From positions 1 through 64,000 of the forward strand of contig FLMG01002763.1 of NCBI GenBank assembly GCA_900088475.1: a stretch of 64,000 nucleotides of DNA, in the 5' to 3' direction. Below are positions 51,149 to 64,000 of this stretch, piece by piece. Positions within the stretch are counted from its first letter, which is position 1; each line of letters begins with the position of its first letter. Made by a program: the position numbers and the translations under genes. The notes beneath the pieces are model-generated. The model was given only the letters and a program-made list of their open reading frames with translations. It was not told where the DNA came from and ran no database searches. The DNA comes from Hyphochytrium catenoides (lineage: Eukaryota > Protista > Hyphochytriomycota).

Positions 51149-51938
51149 GACGTGAGACTGCTGCTGCTGTTCCTGCTGCTCTCCTGTCACCTTCGTCACC
51201 CTTTCCCGCTCTCCTACCAGCGCACTAACTACTTCTCTTCCTCCTCCTTTATCACTTTGTCAGTAAAGAGCCGTTTGCGGCTAACATTCCAACCCAAACA
51301 CACAGAGTTGAGATCGTATTAAGCCATTACAAATCGCCATTTTGCCCGGACTCCTCTCTGTTCAGTGGAAGCTCGAAAGTGTCCTTGTCCACTTTAAGGT
51401 CGTACGCGATTTCAATACGCACTTGAAGCTTTCTCTCTGTCCTTGGACAACGAAGATCTGCACAAAATCTGAAGATTCTTCACCCGGAAACCGGACATAC
51501 TTCTAAAGCTTCGAAGGAGATCAAGACAATGGGAAGGAAGAAGGCGATGGCTCCAGGACATGGTGAAAGCCTCTGATGCCGACCAATATCTTCAATATGT
51601 GAAGATGAGCAAGAGGAGCGGATACAGTTTGTGAGTCGGTGGTATGTTGGACAGTTCTGGACCTCTAAGATTTGCTGTCGCTACCATGTTCCTCCACATT
51701 CGTTGCCATAAGAGACTCGGCAGACTCAGACATCTTTGTCTAGTGCTACGCTAGCGAGCTTCGTTGTTTCAATAGGCTACTAAAGACGAGACATAATGAG
51801 CACTGACAGGCACCAAAAGAACTGTTCCCAATCAATGATTGATTTACATGGCTTACTATGGACTTCACTATAGACATTATGGTACAACCTCCTCGTTGAA
51901 GTTCCACAACAGGCGAGATAAGGCCAAGAGATATGATG

Positions 51939-54900
51939 CTACTTCTTCCCGGCGCTTGCGCTTGAGAGTGTCTTGGGTTTGGACTTCTTGACAATCACCT
52001 TCGTACTCTTTTTAGAGACGGTCTTCTTCGACTTTAGGACCCCTTTACCCGCCTTTGACTTGGTGGCGCCTTTCTTTGAGGTGGAGCCTTCCCCGTGCCC
52101 TCCACTTGCCGCCTGGACTTTAGAGGCACTGCTTGAGGTTCCCCCACCTGCGGTGGCTGCGGAAGGGAAAAGCGAGGGCTTCTTCTTCTTCTTGAAACTC
52201 TTTTTCTTCTTCTTAGAACCTCCTCCTCCACTTCCTCCTGCCCTTGCGGCCTCTGCTGCTGCGGTGAGAGCTCCCATTGTTGATCCTTTTGCCGCTCCCC
52301 CTCCCCCTTTTGCTTTCTTCTTCTTGATGGCAACTTTGGCCTTCTTGCTAGCAGGACCCTCCTCCTTTTTCTCACCTACAGGAGCAGTGTTCCCTACTTT
52401 GGGGGTCGGAGGAGGACTGCGTGGGCGCTTCAGGCTCTTTGTTAGGGCTCTGGGTTTCTTCCATCCTACGGATGAGAGACGGTAAGAAGCGACAATAAGG
52501 ACAAGCAAGGTCAGTTCATTGAGAGCCATTAAAGATGACCTTATGAAAGAGGTGGGGCGGTAGAAAGTCTAGGTCGCTTGGGAGGACTGCTATCCATCAT
52601 ATGGCCTTTGTATCTTACTCTCTCTCCACCTTTCTCTCTTCCTCGTTCACTCTCTGTTTCCCCATCTCTCACCTTGTTCCTGCGGCGCTCCACAGCTGGC
52701 ATGGTTCTCATCCCAGCTGTTCATCACACAGTACCAGACCCTCGGCAGTTTTTCTATGTCCATATCTTTTAACAGGGCACGCCATTTCCCACAAAGAGGG
52801 TTACAGCATTGGATCCAATTGACCTCGTCCGGCTTTACTTCTGAGTGGTCAGCTCTCTAAGGAAGACGAAGATTAGACGAAGATTAGGGCAGTTGCGGAT
52901 GGAGAGAAGAAGTAGAGCGAGACAAAGACCTAGGAGGAAAATTAGACGATAGAAGAGCCACTTAGACGAAGATTAGGACAGATGCGGATGGACAAGAGGA
53001 AGTAGAGCGAGACAAAGACCTAGGAGGAATATTAGACGATAGAAGAGCCACGAGTGGCAAGTACTGAGAGGATTAGATGCACACTAGAGTTAAAGAGCAA
53101 AGCAGTACACTGAAGAGGAATAGCTAGATAATAGGCATAGAGGGTCAAAAGAAGGGCGATGGGCGTCACCTTTAGGTTCTTTGTCACTTTCACGGCAAGC
53201 CTGAGCCGTCTAGCAAGTGCCTTCATGGCCCTCCGGGCTCTAATATCACTGTACACACCTTCTGCCAGAGTCACTTTGTACTCTTCCTCTGACTTTTCAC
53301 AGGCCTGAAAGAGGGACAGGATCGTGTTAGCCACACGGGAAACCGAGTTAGACGCATGATGGCTAAAGAAGAAAATCGTGACTCTTTGGGAGCCGGGAAA
53401 GGGAATGGCGGATGTCAAAGAGTGAATAGAGGGAACACTTGTAGGCGAGAAGACCTTCTGAGGCAGCCGAGAAGCGTTATGAAGAAGCGAATAACGATGC
53501 CGTACATTTCTATTTTGATCCCATTTGTTCATGGCGCAGTACCAGCGTGTTGGCAGTGCTTCCGCGTCAACGAAATCGGGCAGTCTTCTCCACTTGAGAC
53601 ACTTGTCGCACTGCACCCAGACATCATCCCGCCTTTCCACCAGGACAGAGTTGCCCTCTCCTTCATCCCCTTCCTTTTCCTCTTTCTCTACAGAAGGTTT
53701 GATGCCATCCTTTTGGCCATCTTTTGAAGCAGTCTTGGCTGCTTTCTCCCGTTGATTCATCTTCTTGCTATACTCCTCGTCATAGAGGGGATCATCATAC
53801 CAATCACTCTCCTCACTAGAAAAAGAGTCAACCTCATCTAAGGCAGATATCGGAACAGAAGGTCCCTTTGCCCCCTTTTTTCCTTTCTTCCCTTTGATCT
53901 TCTGCTGTGCGATGATGTGCCTTTGCTGTTTTCTTCTTCTCGCTCCCTCCATCAGCCGATCTCGGACGGCGGCTTCACCCTGTGCTATCTCTGGATCTAG
54001 TGTTTTGAAGCGAAAGAGGCGAACGGCCTGAGAGAGAGATGGAGAAGGGTGTGATGCCTTCTCTGTTGTTCCTTTCGAAGGTATTGGTTGGCTATCTGTT
54101 GATGGAGGAAAGATTAAGGACGCTATCAGCGATGGAGCAAGGAGAACGGCGAGACCAAGAGAGAGAGATGAGAGAAAGCCCTTAATACTGCGCGGAACCT
54201 AAACCTGAACCCTGTTCCCCCATGGAACCATATCAGATGTGAAAAAGATGACCACGAAACGCGAAAAAATGTAAGCGGAGAGGCGTGTGCGATGCACGCC
54301 AACACGCTTCACTTCATCCTGGGTCTCTCCTGTGGTGCTCACCTGCAAGACTGGCGATTATCGAAGCCACCCATAAGTCGGTCTCAGGATGAGAGTCAGA
54401 GATGAGTTTCTTCCTTCCTTGGCCGAGGACTTCCTCTGCCCTGATCAGAGGCTCGTCTCTCTTCTTCTCATCCTCCTGCTTCTTTCTTTCTAGAAATTCC
54501 CTAAGGATCTTATCTTTCAATGGACGCAGAGCCGCCTCCCGCTGATGAAGAATTTGCATACGATTCCATGTGGAACTATAGGATAGACGGGAGGAGCAAA
54601 GAATTGGCTATTGGCGATGAAGGAGGAGCAGACATAGAGGCACAGAGAATGATTGAGACCTAAAAGGACAGAGAAGAGCCACAGACCAATAGAGAAGCGT
54701 GGGAAAGAGGAGAGGGCTTAAAAAGGGATAGAAGACCTTTTCAATAGAGAGAATATAGGGAGTTAAGGGAGACAGAGTCACCGACAAGAGGGTTCATCTT
54801 ACGCATTATGCAACAGTTCCTTCCGAATGGAGTACTGGATTTCTTCCGGCGCCGCGTTGTGTAAGGGTTCCTTGCCACTTGTCTTTAGTCTCTCAGCCTC

Positions 54901-57900
54901 GTGAGAGCCTTGCTCAAGGACGTCAAAGCCTGAGAAGCTCTCCGGCTTGTGTGAAGAGAATGCAAGAGAATTTACCAAAGATCCAGCGATTAGACACAAT
55001 TTGTCAAGCACTTCCTCACTGCACCATGCTCTATCTATCGATAAACGTAGATCATTCTGCTGGGGTTCGGACTTCCCTCATGGAGGATACAGTTCCTTTC
55101 CTTAAGGAACCTTACTTCATCACTCTGTACCCCTTACCTTCTCACTCCTAAAGACTTGTAATGTGACAGTCTCCCGCCTGTGCTGCAGCCTCTCGGTTGG
55201 ATCATCCTCTATCTTCACCTTCTCACCGGGATGGTCTATTGGGCCCATATCCACCTCCGTCATCTCCCTTTCTGTCAATTTTGACATGGCCGTCGGGGTA
55301 GGGAGAAAAGCAGCGAAAGAGATAGGAGTCGAAGGGCAAGAGGAAGAGGAATCTGAGGAGAAGCCGGACGTTGGAGAGCTGAGTGGACCTTTCTTCGTAA
55401 AAGGCCCTCCTCCACCCTTGACTTTGTGCTTAGGAGAGACCTTGCTGAGCTTTATGGCTTTCTTCGACTTCACTGCTGTCGACCCGGCAGTCTTCCTCTT
55501 CCCATTTGCAAGAGGGGACTTGGTTTTGAGCTTGATAGCTGTTCAGTATCAACATGAACCAGAGCAGGAGGGAGAGGAGGCTTTGTTTAGTGAGGCACGT
55601 GACTATAGACCTAGGAAATGTAGCGCCTGGCAGGAACCTACATAGGAAGCAGCGAGAAAGGCAACACCGTTACGCGAGAAGATTTACCTTCTTTCTCTTC
55701 ATGCTCGTCTCTCTCAGAGTCCGAGGAGAGTCTTTGCATTACGCCGCTTCCTCCTCCAGAGGCTCTCAGAGCCTTCGCAAGAGCAGTCCCCTGTCTGATC
55801 TCCTCTTCCTCATCCGAGTCGTTGGCGCCGAAACCTTCCATAGATGCCAAAAGATGGAGAGGCGTCATAGGGAACGAGCGAGACCGAGACCATGAGTTAG
55901 AGCAGAGAGTGCGCAGAGCAACTCGTTAGCTTGGCTTTTCAAAGAATGCGTAGGTTGTTGGAGCGCAGCAGAGAAAGGAAGACGTTGCAGGAGCTTCACG
56001 TGAACTACAGCGAGTACTTATATAACCAAGAGCACCTGTAAGTTGGCTCTTTGGCGTCGACAGCTTTTCCTTCTTGACTTTGGCAGTGATTTTCTTCTAC
56101 GTAGAGGCAAGTTAGTTGTCATCTGACGCGGACAGCTACGAGTCAATAACGTAGCTACCTTTTCTCCTCCTCCTTCGCCTTTTGAGGCCTTCGATAGCTT
56201 CTTGAGGAGTGTGCCATCTCCATCTTTTTTCTCCTTGCCTTTACTTGGGGTCTTAAGCGGTTGGGGCGTGGTCGCTGCTGCTGCCGGAGAGAGAGTGTCA
56301 GCCAATCACTTAGAGGACAATGGGAAGAGTGGGAAGCAAGAGCGAGGCAAGAACGTGGCCACGAGAGACGCAGCACTTGTAAGAGAGGCACACCTGCGCT
56401 TGCCGTTACTAAGCCAGAGAGCCCTATCCCAAATCGAAAGAGAGACCAGGAGGAGCGTTAGAATCGTCAAGTCAGAGCGCAGTCTGTTAAGAAATGTCAT
56501 GTAAAACCACTAGCCCATATTTGGCGCTGACGATGCACTCAAACTGGCAGAGCAAAAGCAACAAATTATGCATTTGGCGGGTCGCCTACTCTTACCCTCA
56601 ATGCGTGGCTTCCAGAATCGCTTTCTATTGTTTGTGAACCAATTGGTCAGCTGCTTCATCTCGATGCCTGTCGCGTTCATAATCTCTCTTTTCTGCGCTT
56701 CTGTAGGATAAGGATGCTTGATATGCTTTGGATCCATGATCCAATTCTTGAGGTACTCGACAGTAGAGGTCGGCAAAACAATCTTGCCCCTCTTTTTTGA
56801 GCCATTTGACGTTGAATGGCCTCTATCTGCCCGCTCACCCCCTTTGTCTTCTCCGCTTTTTCCGGATTTGGGTTCTTCATTCCCTGTGTTGTCAGACGAC
56901 TCCGAAGAGGAAGAACCTCCCTTCTGGAGTTCCAGCACTTCTTTACTCTCCAAGGATGATTGAAGCGGGGATGCGGGAGCCGGAGAGAGAGGAGAAGCGG
57001 GGCCATTCGAGACCACTGAAGGTGTCGTTTTAGCTCTCTCTATTGAGAAATGATGAGAAGATTGAGCCTGCTCCCTGGCAGCCGCAGGAGCACTGCTAGC
57101 GGAGGAAGGGTGCACCTTTCCTGCTGGTGCCAAGGTTTGAATGTGACCTACAGATTGATTTCCTGATGCTTGTGAAGAGGAAGAGATATGAGAGTGAGGG
57201 GAAGGATAGGTGTAATGATGAGGCAGAGATCCCTGGAACGGGCTCTGATGAGCAAAGCCCTGCTGCTGGTCGGTCCCCGATCTGCTGTTGCCAAGGTTAT
57301 TAGAAGGAAGCCGAAGAGCAGGAAGGCCCAGGGACAAGTTCATAGGTCCTACGAAGACGGTGCGGCAGACGAGGTAAACGTTTTGGTCTCTGTTCGGATG
57401 GTCTTGCACAGTAAAGCTTACCCTTTATACTCCCAGGAAGTGAGCGAAGCTCCTGTGGCTGATCTCTCTGCATGTGTGGCTCGGTTTGAATGTCGTTGGT
57501 GAGGGAGATGCCTCCTGGACCTTTCATGTAAGGTGAAGGAAGGCGATTCTGTTGCATGTCATTGTGCCTGCAAAGCGTAACAGTCGAGGTAAGAAATGGT
57601 AAGTCTGGAGAGACGTAAATAGTAATTGCCATATCGGTAACGCCTTGAAGCTGTTGGAGCTTACTATGGCGATCCGATTGAGATGCACAAAAGTAGAGGA
57701 GCTTGACTCAATGGGAGGATACAAGTGCAAGGAGCTCAGTTTGAAAGAGGTTGCTGTCGTACATTTGATGTCCATATCTATCTTGGGGTTGCTGGAACGA
57801 TGCTGGGCTCATATAGTTCGGAGGCATCTGGGAACCATACATTGGGATGTTCAGAGGCGGTGGAGCGTGGTGCTGGTGACTGAGAGACGAGGACGACATT

Positions 57901-59993
57901 ATGGGTTGCAGCTGCGGAGGGTGGTGCCCTCGATTGCCAGCTTCAGATTTTTTGGATGACGAAGGTGTTCCAGATAGTGATGACACCTTCCTAGCTCCCG
58001 TCTCGGCGCCGTTCTCCTCTTCTTCGTAGTCCTTAGAAGTCCTGGGAGTGGCTGGAAATCCAATAATCTCTTTCTTTCCCTTCTCCGCTCCTAAAGCTCC
58101 TCCTCCTCTCTTCAAAGCAGGTTGCGGCTCCGTTGCGGGTGGAGAGCTTCCTTCCTTTTCCACTGCTTTTCCAGCGGTAGGCTTTTTCTTTATGGGCTTC
58201 TTCTTGGTAGGAGTCTCTTCGGCCATCTCTTTGTTCTCCTTCTTCCCCTTCTTAACCCCTTTTGGTTTGGCATGTGGGGTACCGGTTTTTCCCTTCTGGT
58301 TAGACAGCTGTTGCGCTGACGAAGGACCATGAGATGGTGTCTGCTGTGGTTGATGGTGGCGAGAGGAGAGAGAGGTAGACGAGGAAGGAGGTCCCGGCTG
58401 AGGCTGTATGTGGTGCTGATGGTGTTGGTGCTGAGAGGAAGAAGACTGTTGCGGCATTACCATCTGTGACATAGACGGAGGAGGGTGCCTGAGGCTGCCC
58501 TGAGACTGTAAAGGAGAGAGCATGGGCGGCGCCCAGTCGGTTCTGAACTGATGAGGGCCCATCTGGTGTTGGTGCCCCACAAGAGACTGGTGTGAAGGCA
58601 TGTGACCCTGGTGTCCACCCATGTGATGCATTCTACCAAAGATAGGGTAAGAGGCTATGCACTCAGAGGATACTATGTACTGGGTAAAGCAACAGGCCAA
58701 CTAGCAGGTCGTAGAGGGGCGGTGACAAAAAGCAAATGAAGAGATGCCAAACAGACTCTCAAACATCTATCAAAAATAAAAGGGCAGAGAGGAAAAGCCG
58801 AAGCTTGAGAAATGTATACGGAAGGGACAAAAGCGAAAAAGGGGTCGACCAAGAGCTACAATAGAGGACTAAAGGTTAAGGCACCGCTAACAGGACGCGA
58901 ACTAACCTGTCATGATGAAGAGAAGGCAGAGGAACCATACTACTCGCAGGGCCAGGAGGGAAGCTGGACATCATCCTCTGGGGCGGAAGGGAATAACCCT
59001 GAGGCCCTCCCTGGTGGGCAAAGGGATTGTGATGATGCATAGTTGGGTGCTGCGGGAAGCCCGACGAGACACCCATTAGAGGTGGGATGGGCATCATCAT
59101 TCCTCTCATGCCAATTGAAGAAGGCACAGGACTACGCCGTTCGGGTATATCCTTCTAAAGACCGAGGAGAAGACAGAGAACGGGCCAAACAAGAAATATC
59201 GAGTTTAGCGTAAGTCAGGGGCACTAGAGGCGTACTGAACGGGCAGAAGGAGCTTTCAGATATAAAGAAAACCGCCACTTGTGCGATGCAGAGTGTGGCT
59301 CAGGACAGGTCAACAGGGAGTAACGCTGCCTAGAGTAATCGAGTAAGAAGGCAAGGCGGAAACGTTGCAGGACAGACATACAGACTTCACGGAGGCGCAT
59401 ACATCGTATTTTGAGCCCTTTCCCTGTGACGGATGATCTCCCCCGCCGCCGCCTTGTTTCTCCTGGCGGCTGCTACTAGGAGTCCCGTTGTTTAGCTGAG
59501 GTTTCCACAAGCGCTTCCTGGCATTGGCAAACCAAGTGTTCACTTGTTTGATCTCTAGACCAGTGGATTGGGCCAGCTGGCGCTTTTCCTGCAAGCCACA
59601 AGCACAAGAGAAGACAAATGGGTAGAGAAGGGCCGACGGACGGCTTACAATCAGATGAAAGGGATACGCTGAATAGCGGCGTCGCAGCAGCGAGGAGTCA
59701 GAAGCAATCTTTCGAATAGAGAAACGAGAGACACCGAGGCGGCCAGTGGGAGACAAAGAGGGAGTAGAGGGATTTTACTGAGAAGAAAGAAAAGAGGGCA
59801 AGGAAAGGAAAGCTGCAAGCACCTCTTCCGTGGGATAGGGATGCCCAACATGCTCCTTTGCCATCATCCACTCTTTCAGCATTGCCACAGCGTCTGCCGG
59901 TAGTCCGTCCTTTCGCACATTACTCGGCTTCTTTCCACCGCTATCCATGTCGCCCATACTGGACCGCTCTTGTCCCTTATTGCGATCCTTCAT
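51939..59993 (-). CDS. Large nuclear protein with two TALE-class homeodomains, two CW-type zinc fingers and a Lys-rich tail, about 15 exons
   Basis: HD1 [45 protein letters not shown]; HD2 [24 protein letters not shown]...[12 protein letters not shown]; CW1 [13 protein letters not shown]...WYCAMNKWD...C; CW2 [15 protein letters not shown]...WYCVMNSWD...C; exon phases are consistent from end to end. Confidence 0.82.
52873..53051. repeat. Intronic tandem duplication, about 89-bp unit x2
   Basis: TTAGACGAAGATTAGG...TAGAAGAGCCAC at 52873 and 52962, a few mismatches. Confidence 0.9.
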
Positions 59994-60658
59994 AGGACCC
60001 AATGATGAGCTTGTCCGGGTCTAGGAAAGTATTCAAAATGCCATGTGTAGACTTCTACGCCTGAAGATGTTGTGAGTAAGCAATGATAAACTAAATCAAA
60101 TCTCAGGCATATACAGAAAGGCGGAAGAGGATGCTTGCGGGCCAACCTCCAACCGCAGGGAAACGCGACGGGTGAGGAGCATAAACACCAAGGCCAGAAG
60201 GTCGATTTGCTGTTGCTGAGGGAACAACCAGGAGACTCTTGCGGACTTACCTTTAGAACCTCGTATCACCTCCACGGCAATCGCCTGCAGCAGGGCGCTA
60301 TTTCCGCACCAAATGGCCTGCAGGGAAAAGGGCTACCAGGGTTCAGCTTGGCACTGCAGCGCCTGTTTGCGCTCCGTGGAGCTAGAGAGGGGATTTTCAA
60401 GTTAATGTTAGACAGGGAAACGCCTCCCTTTGATCTTCCTTGATGGCAAGCGTGTAGAGGCGACGGAAGACGATAGAAATTGCCCCAAGGACGACCCACA
60501 AAAGCGTGAGTTCGCAATGGCGAAGATTTTCTGCACTGATCTCCGTCTCTTACACCTTCCTTCACCGCCGTCTGATGGCTTGCAGACTTGATGCCCCGAT
60601 TCTTCCTTTTTCTGCCCTAGGAAAGTATTGGGCGCTGAGTGCGCCCTCTGTTCCCCAG

Positions 60659-60666
60659 TCCTCTCT

Positions 60667-60707
<41 letters not shown>

Positions 60708-60728
60708 CCTCTGCCTCTGTCTCTGTCT
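60659..60728 (+). repeat. (CT)n microsatellite upstream of the homeobox gene (GA on its sense strand)
   Basis: Seen directly. Confidence 0.9.
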
Positions 60729-63005
60729 GGGCGGCTGCATGATGATGTTAGTGACCTACAGGCGGTCTCGCTCCCAACATCAACGCAGTCGACCTTCTCC
60801 CGCTTTTTTGCTCTTCCCCTGCTCTCTCGCTCTATCTAACCGCTCATTCTTCCTAGTTCCAATAATGCTACTACCTATAAAGAGTCTGAAATCTCTCCCT
60901 CCGCTCTGGCTTCCGTTTCTGTCCATTCTCAAAGTGTCTTTGGGTAAACTACGGTACATGATGTGATGGGTGGCGGTCCCACCCACCCTTAGAGAATATA
61001 ACTACAAGAATCCTAGCTCCCACCCATCCTTCTTGATCCGCAACAGGCTGATGACTCCTATTACTAAGCCCTCGTACCGTAAGAAAAGGCCCCAAGCAGA
61101 GTGATTAGTGGCGGTACTACTATGACCTACCCTCCATGGAACTTGCCTTCTTTAGTGCCTATGTTTTCTTAGGAGAAGAGGCTGATGATGGCTGTCCCGG
61201 AACCACGCCCGTTAGCTGTCTTTTTGTTCTTGTCCCCGGCTGCTTGTTACTCTCTTATGATACTGCCAAACGAGCTTTCCTAGTCAAAGTGATGGGCGAT
61301 GGTTGGCAAGCTGTACACAGTGTAATGAGGGAATGAAGAAGAAAAAGAACCACACAGGGCAGAACCTTAGGCTACGAGACAGAGAGGGAGAAATGCAGAT
61401 ACAAAGACAGCTAAGAGATACGTTAGAGATTTGGGATCACTGGAGAAGAACGAATAGCGGAGAAGGCTTGGGTGGAAGTTGATGTCTTGATCACTCCTGA
61501 AGAGTGATTCCTCCGCAGAAAAAGTCTCAAAATAGACGGAGGGCGGAGTAAGTGGGGGAACAAAGAGGGTTCATCTAAAGAAGATAGACGGCACTTATTT
61601 CGCTGCAGGGGAACAAAGGTCGTCCAGCTTTGTGGAGGGCGTGCAAGGTAGAGGCGTACAGAGATATACTGTACTACTGCTAATTGTACCGGGATATATA
61701 AGACAGAGCGGGAAGAGATGAGTTGATGGGTGACACACGAGGGGAGGCAGAAGTGGTGTTTGCTCTTGCCATCAGCCAAGCTCCTGAGTGTATTACTACG
61801 CTACAAATGAATGGACATACAGTTAGAATTTAGTTTGATGTCCTCATACTACTACTGACATCTTGGTCATTGGTTTGGCTAAACTGTATGTTTTTATCAT
61901 CAACCTGAAAATAGTCCGCTCTGGGAAGACCTATGCACTTACAGTAATAGCCTTTATAACAAGGCCTTACAAGACATGGGCCAGTTATAGTAATAGCAGG
62001 TTTTGATGCTTGCAGAAAATTTAGTCAGAGTGGGTAGCACGATTGTTGGCTATGTATATATACATGGGATGGGTGGGCAACGGCGCGGATTTGGGATTGT
62101 AACTGCTGGACAGTCTTTTTGGGTTGAGAATAATCTGATCCTTCGCCGCCATTGATCTTATGAGCCGTCCCTAGTACCGTCCTGAGCTATAGCAATGCTG
62201 ATAGTAGTTAAAAAACTGTACAAGTGAGATGCTTCCAGTAGATACACCGCCTATCAAAGCAGGCTCTAAGGCCAAGACTCAAGTCTTCCTGGATGTCTCT
62301 TCGTTCTATCTGCTTTGTCTCGAGGCACAAGTGCTACTCGTAGAGAAAACAGTGGTGGAGCAGGTGAGGCATTCCTTAGAGTTTTGCGATGACAGGTTCA
62401 CGATGAGCTTCTCCTCCTCGCTCACCGCTGACCAACTCCTTCTCTTCGCAGTCACTCTACAGAGCCTTTCTCCATATCTCCCATGGCCCCGGTTCATCCG
62501 TAATCTTCTAACCTACCTGGCTGTAGAGCTAAATCTGGGCCATTTCCATAGTCCTTACCTCACCAGCGCAGTAATCCAGGTGCAACAATAAATGGATTCC
62601 CCTAGAACTCCTAATGTAGCCTCGTGGCGGCGATGCCTTACTCCGTAGCAGCTCTTTCTTGGTAACCCGAGATTGATTCCATAGTTGGCGGCACTGTCAC
62701 CGTGGCTTTAGGGGGCCACACCCTTGAAGCAGGGGAGCGGCATACGATAGAGGAGATAGCAAAGGAACATAGACTCCTGGTACTTATGATGTAGAGTGGA
62801 GGGTCTGTCCTTTGAAATCGCACTCGTATTCCTGTTTCGCCACTGCTGCAGGAAAGTGGTAGTCTATATGAGAAACATGAGAGTGACAAGAGTTTTAACG
62901 TTAAGAAGGTGGAGCTTGAGAGGAGGCGAATGCGTCGGGCTGTATCTACAGGGCATATAAATGGCTCCAGGATTGGCCGTACTAGAATTTGTACATCCTT
63001 TGTTC

Positions 63006-64000
63006 CTAGCGACGTTTCCTAGAGCTAACGTCATCATCCCCACGCATCTCTCGATAACTCCGTTTCCCCGGTGCATCGTGATCTCTTCTCCCGTCTCGGT
63101 CTCTCCCTCTTTCCCTGTCACCCCTACTTTCACCTCTCCCGCCTCCTCTTTCTCTGCTACGATCTCGGGAGTGTCGCTCACGATCACGATCCCTACTGCC
63201 TCTATTCCTATCATGCCGGTCTCTGCTGGTGTCTCTTTCTCTTCTTCGTTCTCTATCCCTGTGTTCCCGACCATCACGGTCTCTCGAGTCATCCCTCTTT
63301 CGATGAGACTCCTGTCTGCTACGCCTGGCTCCATCTCTTTCACCATGATCTCTTTCCCTTTCTGCTTTGTCTTTGTCGTCCTTAGAAGGTGGCCTTCCTT
63401 GTCCTCCTCTGCCTCTTCCTGCTTGCTGTTCCATCCACGGACCTGGAGGAAAGGCGCCCGGCGGAGGACCACCCATCCATGGTGCCATCCCGCCAGCCAT
63501 ATCAAACATTCCCATGGCGGCAGGACCGGCCCCTGCCATCCATGGTGGCCTAGGACCTCCCATGTCTCCTGGGCCCCAACCAGGCCGTCCTCTTCCCCCG
63601 CTCTGACCTGGACCAGCATAGGGAGGTCCGGGAGGCCCACGTGGGGCTCCAGGGTAGCCCATCAGAGAGGCTCCAGGACCCCATAAAGGGCCACGAGGAG
63701 GAGGAGCGCCAGGAATCGGAAGGGAAGCTGTAGTACTTGAAGAGGGAGAAGAAGCCGGAGTCTCTCCTTGACTTTGGCTTTTGTTTGGGGTTCTGCTAGC
63801 AGATTCGGAAGCAGGTGCAGCATTGGTTTTGCTCCCTTGCGTCTCCTGCCGCAGTTAAGATTGACACGACAAGTTAGCAACAGACTACAGGGTCAGAAGG
63901 GGTCCCATCAATATAAAGTAAGGAATTGACTATCTAGCATCCATGGAAGATCAGATCACCGTTCGTTACCTTAGAAGGTGCGGTTTCAGTCTGGACGTGT
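63006..64000 (-). CDS. 3' end of a probable RNA-processing protein with Pro/Gly/Met-rich and RE/RD-rich regions; 5' part lies beyond the window
   Basis: Terminal exon about 63006-63846 reads ...PPPRGPLWGPG...GPPPGAFPPGPW...RERDHGERD...SSRKRR*; upstream exon with AAG|GTAACG donor near 63969. Composition resembles FIP1/CPSF6-type tails, but no diagnostic domain is visible. Confidence 0.65.

Noticed and set aside
47153-53051. The 69-bp and 89-bp repeats as LTRs or array remnants
   Set aside because: Each has two adjacent copies only, with no spacer, TSD or TE coding sequence
59978-60400. Spliced out-of-frame peptide (...[19 protein letters not shown]) overlapping the homeobox start
   Set aside because: No in-frame ATG was found in the upstream exon; more likely 5'UTR
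61400-62900. AT-richer stretch and ORF 62229-62591 as a foreign or mobile element
   Set aside because: No recognisable domain, TIR or LTR; consistent with ordinary intergenic DNA

Overview
This is an intron-rich, gene-dense eukaryotic window (~50% GC, short GT-AG introns, many (CT/GA)n microsatellites, five N gaps). The gene set suggests a stramenopile or other protist, which is inference only. Genes reconstructed by hand: a SAM methyltransferase (5' end only), an intronless ankyrin protein, SART1, a SAPS/PP6 regulatory subunit, a Gfo/Idh/MocA oxidoreductase, a three-CNB AGC kinase, UTP18, a DDHD phospholipase fused to two PH-like domains and a PX domain, PNO1, an APC permease, VPS28, a spinster-like MFS transporter, a protein with two TALE homeodomains and two CW zinc fingers, and the 3' end of a Pro- and RE/RD-rich protein. 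The most interesting items are the 2xTALE-2xCW protein, the DDHD-PH-PH-PX fusion within a run of endolysosome-linked genes, the PKG-like kinase whose cassettes lack the cGMP-selecting Thr/Ser, an ankyrin protein with a C-terminal F-box-like motif, and a TACTCAT motif cluster in a convergent intergenic region. No tRNA, rRNA, CRISPR array or intact transposon was recognised. Exon models are manual and need RNA-seq confirmation.
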